A stretch of DNA of 64,000 bases from Nitrospinaceae bacterium (GTDB lineage: Bacteria; Nitrospinota; Nitrospinia; Nitrospinales; Nitrospinaceae), in contig OZ250172.1 in the NCBI GenBank assembly GCA_965237905.1, positions 320,001-384,000 on the forward strand, in the 5' to 3' direction. Below the pieces are notes generated by a model, which saw nothing but the letters and a program-made list of their open reading frames with translations, ran no database searches and was not told where the DNA came from. Each line of letters starts with the position of its first letter. Position 1 is the first letter of the stretch. The translations under genes and the position numbers were made by a program. This document shows positions 57,647 to 64,000 of this stretch, piece by piece.

Positions 57647-59040
57647 TCATTTCCCTCGGATTTGGCGTTGATATTATGCTTTTTGACCCGGTACCGCATC
57701 GAACGAAAACTCAGATTCAGTAGTTTGGCAGCCTTGTTAATCATTCCATCCGTTTTGCTCAAAGCTCCCAGAAGCATGCTCTTCTCGATGTTGTCCAGGG
57801 TCTTCTCCAAATCAACCGGATGGTCTCCTTCAATAGAAGGGATCAGATTATCCGCAGGAGAAGGCGCCTTGAATACCTCTTCCGGAAGGCTGGATATGCC
57901 GATCAAATCCTCTGTTTCCAGAACCACTGCCCGCTCGATGGTATTTTCCAATTCGCGAATATTTCCAGGCCACTCATAATGCTCCAGGCACTTGAGCGCA
58001 TCCGGCTGGATTCCCTGAATCTTATGATCCTTGTCATGTTGCTCATTGTATTTGTTGATAAAGTGTTGGACCAGTAAAGGAATATCTTCTTTTCGCTTGC
58101 GAAGAGCAGGCAAATCAATAGCAATAACTTTCAATCGGTAGTACAGGTCTTCGCGGAAAATCTTTTGTTTGACGCCTTCGATCAAATCCCGGTTGGTTGC
58201 CGCAATGATGCGCAAATCAACTTTGATGGGCTGGGTACCTCCCACCCGGGTCATCTCACGCTCCTGCAGTACCCGTAATAATTTGACCTGGATCGAAAGC
58301 GGAGCATCATATATTTCATCCAGAAAAAACGTTCCCTTGTTAGCCACTTCCATCAGCCCGATCTTGGTGGAGTCCGCGCCCGTGAAGGCCCCTTTTTCAT
58401 GGCCAAACAACTCGCTTTCCAACAAGTTTTCCGGCATGGCACCGCAATTGATGGAAATGAACGGATAGTTCTTCCGTGAACTATTATAATGAAGCGCTTT
58501 GGCGACCAGTTCTTTTCCGGTACCGCTTTCACCACCAATCAAAACCGTCGCGTTGCTATTGCTGACTTTCTCGATATATTCAAATACCTTTTTCATGCCC
58601 TCGTTTTTGCCGATGATGTTGCCAAATTGGTATTTATCTTTGAGGGCAGATTTAAGGTAGGTGTTTTCTTCGGTCAGTTGTTTCTTTTCAGAGGCGTTGC
58701 GGATGACAAGCTTGAAGTCCTCCATGTTGAAAGGCTTGGTAATATAATCGTACGCACCTTTCTTCATGGTTTCGACGGCGGTTTCGGCGGAAGCATAACC
58801 GGTCATCATAATAACCGGCGTTCCCGGACGAACACGGTTGACGGCATCCAGAACATCAATGCCGTTGGAGCGAGGCATGTTGATATCGGTGATCACGACA
58901 TCATAATTACTGCCCTCGACCATTTCGACCGCAACTTCGCCGTTGCGGGCGGTCTCCACCTCATAGCCCTCCTTACCCAGGGCGATGGAAAGCATTTCCC
59001 GCATGCTCTTTTCATTATCGACAACTAAAATACGGCTCAT
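57643..59040 (-). CDS. Sigma54-dependent response regulator (NtrC/PilR family)
   Basis: Receiver (VVDNE, TDINMP), GESGTGKE, ESELFGHEKGAFTGA, WPGNIREL, Fis-type HTH. Confidence 0.95.
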   Translation of the reverse strand: MSRILVVDNEKSMREMLSIALGKEGYEVETARNGEVAVEMVEGSNYDVVITDINMPRSNGIDVLDAVNRVRPGTPVIMMTGYASAETAVETMKKGAYDYITKPFNMEDFKLVIRNASEKKQLTEENTYLKSALKDKYQFGNIIGKNEGMKKVFEYIEKVSNSNATVLIGGESGTGKELVAKALHYNSSRKNYPFISINCGAMPENLLESELFGHEKGAFTGADSTKIGLMEVANKGTFFLDEIYDAPLSIQVKLLRVLQEREMTRVGGTQPIKVDLRIIAATNRDLIEGVKQKIFREDLYYRLKVIAIDLPALRKRKEDIPLLVQHFINKYNEQHDKDHKIQGIQPDALKCLEHYEWPGNIRELENTIERAVVLETEDLIGISSLPEEVFKAPSPADNLIPSIEGDHPVDLEKTLDNIEKSMLLGALSKTDGMINKAAKLLNLSFRSMRYRVKKHNINAKSEGNE

Positions 59041-59046
59041 ATGGGT

Positions 59047-60261
59047 TTAGAACAGTTTGTCACCGAGGATTTCCGAATAGCGCTTTAATCGGAGAGCGTG
59101 GAGCCGGATAAACCCTTCGGCATCGTTTTGACGGTAAACCTCATCCTTTTCAAAGGAGGCGGTCTCCGGGCAGTAAAGAGAGCGGTCCGCTTTGCGTCCC
59201 GTAACTATGCAGTTGCCCTTATACAACTTGAGGCGGACAGTTCCAGTTACCGTCTTCTGCACTTCATCGATCATCTTCTGAAGCAGAAGCCGTTCCGGGG
59301 AATACCACATTCCATTATATACCAACCGCGCATAGGCCGGTATGAGTGAATCCCGAAGATGCATCACTTCCCGATCGACGGTGATGGTCTCCAGATCCCG
59401 GTGGGCGGCATGCAGGATAGTGCCGCCGGGGGTTTCGTATACACCCCGCGACTTCATTCCAACAAATCGGTTTTCAACGATATCGATCCGTCCAATCCCG
59501 TTTTGCCCACCGAATTCATTCATCCGGGCCAGCAAATGAGCCGGGCTCATCCGCTCTCCGTTAACAGCTACAGGATCGCCGTTTTCATAGTTAATTTCAA
59601 GTACTGTCGGCTGATCCGGTGCTTTCTCCGGCGATACGGATAAAAGGAACATTTCCTCGTGCGGCTCATACCAGGGATCTTCCAGAACCCCGCCCTCGTA
59701 GCTGACGTGGAACAAGTTCCGGTCCATGCTGTACGGTTTGTCCTTGGTCACGGGAACCGGTATGCCATGACGGGTGGCATAATCGAACAGGCTGGTGCGC
59801 GAGTCCAGATTCCATTCTCTCCAGGGAGCAATGATGATGATATCCGGATTGAGGGTCATATAGGTCAATTCGAACCGGACCTGATCGTTGCCCTTGCCCG
59901 TGGCTCCGTGCGATACCCCTTCGGCATTTTCGAGGCTGGCCACGCGAATCTGCTCCTTGGCAATCAACGGTCGGGCGATGGAGGTGCCCAGCAGGTAATT
60001 GTTTTCGTAAAACGCGTTGGCCCGCAGCATAGGGAAAACAAAATCTTTGACGAATTCCTCTTTCAAGTCCTCGATATAAACTTTACTCGCTCCGGTAGCA
60101 AGAGCTTTTTCCCGAACCGGGTCCAACTCGTCTCCCTGGCCGAGATCGGCGCAGAACGCGATGACCTCCGCCTCGTATTCTTCTTTCAGCCATTTGATGA
60201 TGACCGAGGTGTCCAGTCCTCCCGAATAGGCCAGAACAATTTTATTCAATTTCTTTTTCAT
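59047..60261 (-). CDS. argG: Argininosuccinate synthase
   Basis: [42 protein letters not shown]. Confidence 0.98.
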   Translation of the reverse strand: MKKKLNKIVLAYSGGLDTSVIIKWLKEEYEAEVIAFCADLGQGDELDPVREKALATGASKVYIEDLKEEFVKDFVFPMLRANAFYENNYLLGTSIARPLIAKEQIRVASLENAEGVSHGATGKGNDQVRFELTYMTLNPDIIIIAPWREWNLDSRTSLFDYATRHGIPVPVTKDKPYSMDRNLFHVSYEGGVLEDPWYEPHEEMFLLSVSPEKAPDQPTVLEINYENGDPVAVNGERMSPAHLLARMNEFGGQNGIGRIDIVENRFVGMKSRGVYETPGGTILHAAHRDLETITVDREVMHLRDSLIPAYARLVYNGMWYSPERLLLQKMIDEVQKTVTGTVRLKLYKGNCIVTGRKADRSLYCPETASFEKDEVYRQNDAEGFIRLHALRLKRYSEILGDKLF

Positions 60262-60309
60262 GTTTCCATTCCTGAGCGCTCTGTTGAACAAATAAAAACA
60301 GTCACCTTA

Positions 60310-61299
60310 TCACTGAATCTGATTTTCTCCCAGCGCAAAATAGGCCGCCCCAAATAGCGGAGCCCGTTTATTCATAACGACTTTCACGGGGATCTGTTCC
60401 ATGAAATCCCTGAATTTTCCTTTATCGCAAAACGCCTCCAAAAATAAATCCGATTTCAAAAGCGGCAGAATTTCGGGGGCGATCCCGCCGCCAAGGGTCA
60501 CCCCGCCTCGCGCCATAATCTGGAGCGCCAGGTTGCCCGCCACCGCGCCATAAACGGATACAAACATTTCGAGGGCCTGCTCACAGGACTTGAATTTTTT
60601 GGACAACCCGTTACGGGAAATCACCGATGCCGGATCTTCCCGCTCAAATTCCTCGGCCAGCCAGTCGGGCTCGGTGGCGCGATCGCGTTCTTTCATAAAC
60701 TCAAATATCCGGATCAAACCCGGGCCGGACAAAACATCCTCGATACAAACCCGGCCGGAAACCTGACTGAGAAATTCACGGAGGCTGATTTCCAACGGGG
60801 TGCGGGCGGGAAAATCACATTGCCCGCCTTCGGTTTCAAGAACCCGGTAACGCCCCTCTGCCTCCGGGATGAGAAAAGCCTGCCCCAAACCGGTCCCTGC
60901 CGCCAGTACGCCAATATTCCCATTAGGGTCGCCCTGCCCTCCCTGGATTACTTCCAATTCCTCCGGCGCTAAATAAGGAACCGCATAGGCCAGAGCCGCC
61001 AGATCGTTGATCAGTGAAACGGAATCGGTTTTTAAAAGGGGTTGTAATTCCTGGACGTCGATTTCCCACGGTAAATGAGTGATCTGGCACCGGCCTTCGT
61101 GAACCGGACCAGCCACTCCCAGGCAGGCATGGGTGAGCTTCGGTTGGGTTTCTTTGAGGAAATGTTCGAGCAGGTGGATCAGATCGGGATAATCTCGGCT
61201 GACGTAACTGCGTTCCACCGACAAGCTGGGGATTCCCTTTTTGATGTCGAACAGGGCCAGGTTGACTTTGGTTCCTCCCACATCCCCCGTAAGGATCAT
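60310..61299 (-). CDS. glk: Glucokinase
   Basis: GDVGGT, GVAGPV, LINDL, AGTGLG, EGG, LSGPGL, GGGIAP, F.DKG. Confidence 0.93.
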   Translation of the reverse strand: MILTGDVGGTKVNLALFDIKKGIPSLSVERSYVSRDYPDLIHLLEHFLKETQPKLTHACLGVAGPVHEGRCQITHLPWEIDVQELQPLLKTDSVSLINDLAALAYAVPYLAPEELEVIQGGQGDPNGNIGVLAAGTGLGQAFLIPEAEGRYRVLETEGGQCDFPARTPLEISLREFLSQVSGRVCIEDVLSGPGLIRIFEFMKERDRATEPDWLAEEFEREDPASVISRNGLSKKFKSCEQALEMFVSVYGAVAGNLALQIMARGGVTLGGGIAPEILPLLKSDLFLEAFCDKGKFRDFMEQIPVKVVMNKRAPLFGAAYFALGENQIQ

Positions 61300-61308
61300 G
61301 TGCCGATC

Positions 61309-62559
61309 CTATTTAAGAAAGGATTGGATCCTTGCATCCAGCGCGTTCTGGTCCTTGGTGAACGATTGCAGTGCGGAGTGAGTCATCAAATCGTCCAGCG
61401 CGATGGAAGCGGGCCAGTCGGCCAGCTTGGGAATTTTACCGTTATCCTGGATTTTTTTCAGATCCTGCTGGGAAAAGGGATGAAACAGATCCAACCCGTT
61501 TTCATTGCAAAATTGTATCAGGTCTTCGCCGGAGAGTTGATCCAGATCGCTACGGGCCATCAACCGGTCGACCGCTTCCCGAAAATCTCCATCCATTTCC
61601 CACAGTCGGGTCACCCGGGCGCTCCAGTCATGTGCTGAATCCACATCGGGATTTAAAGCGGTTCCATCCGTTTTTTGGATCTGATCCGGAGTACGGCCGG
61701 ATTCCTGAAATTCCTTCATCGCCTTGGGCGGAATCGTGTGGACATCCATTCCCGCCAGAGTCGCGACCTGATCGCCGTTACGGATACTGGCGGCGATCAA
61801 CTGGCTCCCAATATCGGAGTGATCGCGGCGCACCTTTTCCAAAGCGCTTTGGGTCTGCAAAGTGACCTTCTCGCCGACCCATTCGCCACTGCCGGCGGAA
61901 TTATCCGCCACCACGGCGTTGAGCCGTCCCAGAAAAACATTCACATAATTCGGATTGGAAAGACGGGCGGCGAAGTAATTCTGCCGGGCGGAAAAACCCA
62001 AAGTGAAATTCACCGGGATGTTTTCCTGGCGTATCCGCCGGGTCGCCAGCAGACCTTCCGGGGTCAGGGGAACCTTGACAATGAAATATTCGGGGCACAC
62101 TGCGAAATACCGCTTACCGTATTCCACGCTTTTTTCGATATCCCGCGAGATGGAAGGATGCAGTTCGACGCTGACCTTCACTTTAAACGCTTCCACCAGT
62201 CTCAGCGCGATGCGGCAGTTGATCACGAAACCAATTTCCATCACCAGTTCCTCCCGGCTCAGACCGGACACGGCTTCTCCGAGTTTGTCCACGGTTTCCT
62301 GAATCACGTCGTCCATCACCCCGCTCTGCACCACCTGGTTGGCCAACGTGTTGTTGGTGGTAAGCGCAGTCAGTTCGTTTTTCCAGATCGATTGGGCCAG
62401 CTCCAATTCCCCGGTATCGATCCACAACTCCGTACCCAGTTCCCGGAGCCGGGCCAACAGGGGATCGCTTTGGTATTGTTCGGACGGCTTGCCCGAACTG
62501 ATTTTCTGGAACGCGATGCGGTGAACGGTTTCACTCAAATCTTTACTGATGGTCCCCAT
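61309..62559 (-). CDS. Transaldolase family protein
   Basis: LWIDTG, TTNN, VKVPLTPEG (Schiff-base Lys), VNFTLGFS, FLGRL, AASIR. Confidence 0.85.
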   Translation of the reverse strand: MGTISKDLSETVHRIAFQKISSGKPSEQYQSDPLLARLRELGTELWIDTGELELAQSIWKNELTALTTNNTLANQVVQSGVMDDVIQETVDKLGEAVSGLSREELVMEIGFVINCRIALRLVEAFKVKVSVELHPSISRDIEKSVEYGKRYFAVCPEYFIVKVPLTPEGLLATRRIRQENIPVNFTLGFSARQNYFAARLSNPNYVNVFLGRLNAVVADNSAGSGEWVGEKVTLQTQSALEKVRRDHSDIGSQLIAASIRNGDQVATLAGMDVHTIPPKAMKEFQESGRTPDQIQKTDGTALNPDVDSAHDWSARVTRLWEMDGDFREAVDRLMARSDLDQLSGEDLIQFCNENGLDLFHPFSQQDLKKIQDNGKIPKLADWPASIALDDLMTHSALQSFTKDQNALDARIQSFLK

Positions 62560-63890
62560 TATTCTTCCTTCCCGTATCCTGGTTTATTCAACAGTCGAAA
62601 CATGTTGTTTTTATAAAATTCCACTCCCGGCTGGTCGAACGGATTGACGCCCATCAAATACCCTGACATGGCTATGGCCCGTTGAAAAAAATAGAACAGA
62701 TAGCCCAGGGTATGAGCGCTACGATCTTTCACCGTCAGGGTCATGTTGGGCACGCCGCCTTCGAGATGAGCCTGGGCGGTACCCTGCCAGGCTTTCTCAT
62801 TCACCTCATCGAGGCTCCGGCCCGCCAGATAGTTCAAGCCGTCCCGGTCCTCGGGGGACTCGGATATCGCCATGGAATGATCAGAAGAAGCCACCCTGAG
62901 AAAGGTCTCAAAGATGATGCGGTTGCCTTCCTGAACCCATTGTCCGAGGGAATGCAGATCGGCTGTATATTCGGCGGTGGCCGGGAAAATACCCTTTCCA
63001 TTCTTGCCTTCGCTCTCCCCCGCCAACTGCCGCCACCACTCTACCACAGTTTGCAGGGCCGGGTGAAACGCAGCCATGAGTTCAAGAGTTTTCCCCTTTT
63101 GATATAATAAACTGCGAATGACCGCATAACGATAGACGGGATTATGGTCCAAACCGGTATGGCTGAAGGCTCGATCATTACATTCCCTGGCACCGGCGAT
63201 TAACTCCCCGATGTCCATTCCGGCCACCGCGATGGGCAACAAACCGACGGGAGTCAACACGGAATAGCGTCCCCCGACATCGCCGGGAATCACGAAGCGC
63301 CGATATCCCTCTTCATCCGCCAACTGCTTGAGGGCGCCTTTATCCGGGTCGGTGGTCACGAAGATACGCCTACGGGTTTCTTCTACTCCAAATCGTTTCT
63401 CCATGAACTGCTTGAGCAGACGAAACGCGATGGCCGGTTCGGTGGTGGTTCCGGATTTGGAAATCACGTTCAGACAGACTTTTTTATCTTCCAGAATGTC
63501 CAACAGATCGTGAAGAGTGTCGGAACTGATGTTTTGACCGGCAAATAGGATTTCCGGCCCACCCCGCGCGGATGGTGGGAGTTGATTAAAAAAAGTGTGG
63601 CTTCCAAAATCAATCGCGGCTTTGGCACCCAGATAGGAACCACCAATGCCGATGGACACAAACGTCTCACAGTTTTCCCGAATCCAGGCGGCTGAATGTT
63701 CTATTTCCTTGAGTTGGTCCGGCGTGGTTTGCGAAGGCAGATCGAGCCAACCCAGAAAGTCAGCACCCTTCCCCCGGACGGATTCCAGATCCTGATGGTG
63801 TCGATCCACCTCCGGTTGCAGACCGGCGATTTCCTGTTCCATCACAAAGGAATGAATATTATCGGTGTTGAGTTCCAGGGTTTCGGTCAT
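62559..63890 (-). CDS. pgi: Glucose-6-phosphate isomerase
   Basis: GWLDLP, GIGGSYLG, ISKSGTTTE, VGGRYS, ESEGK, DLHSLGQ, NPFDQPGVE.YK. Confidence 0.97.
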   Translation of the reverse strand: MTETLELNTDNIHSFVMEQEIAGLQPEVDRHHQDLESVRGKGADFLGWLDLPSQTTPDQLKEIEHSAAWIRENCETFVSIGIGGSYLGAKAAIDFGSHTFFNQLPPSARGGPEILFAGQNISSDTLHDLLDILEDKKVCLNVISKSGTTTEPAIAFRLLKQFMEKRFGVEETRRRIFVTTDPDKGALKQLADEEGYRRFVIPGDVGGRYSVLTPVGLLPIAVAGMDIGELIAGARECNDRAFSHTGLDHNPVYRYAVIRSLLYQKGKTLELMAAFHPALQTVVEWWRQLAGESEGKNGKGIFPATAEYTADLHSLGQWVQEGNRIIFETFLRVASSDHSMAISESPEDRDGLNYLAGRSLDEVNEKAWQGTAQAHLEGGVPNMTLTVKDRSAHTLGYLFYFFQRAIAMSGYLMGVNPFDQPGVEFYKNNMFRLLNKPGYGKEE

Positions 63891-64000
63891 GGTTCGTTGA
63901 GAGGAAAATGTCCTTAAACAAAAGCACGGATCATTGGGTCTGAGGCTTTGGGGCCTTAAGCGGGTCGTCCAGCGCAATGATGAAATAGGATCGGATCTTT

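Overview
64-kb bacterial chromosomal segment, mostly housekeeping genes. Gene content (PCP_red-fused HemQ/Cld-family protein, siroheme nitrite/sulfite reductase with TusA, split nuo genes, DUF1566, DUF5069, LRR, FGE-like and many TPR proteins) is most suggestive of a Nitrospinota-like marine nitrite oxidiser. That assignment is inferred and was not verified by a search. The first ~4.4 kb is visibly more AT-rich than the rest and looks like an accessory island: SDRs (one frameshifted), a CxxC redoxin and a translationally coupled pair of exported unknown proteins, ending in a hairpin-rich spacer. Core genes follow: nth, ilvN-ilvC-psd-pssA, accD, rocD, gltA, clpS, yicC-gmk-hisC-mltG, nuoE-G-D, tatA, PBP1A, argG, glk-tal-pgi. 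No rRNA, tRNA, CRISPR array, transposase or integrase was recognised. The best candidates for undescribed biology are: (i) three related His/Lys-rich lipoproteins with RcnB/CigR-like domains and a 4x108-bp repeat (14.1-17.1 kb); (ii) the exported unknown gene pair in the island; (iii) a stand-alone nuoE-nuoG-nuoD module with no nuoF and an extra Fe-S motif; (iv) domain fusions (PCP_red-ChdC, Nir/Sir-HEPN-like-TusA, J-domain-MORN, extended TatA). All family assignments come from motif recognition, not database searches.
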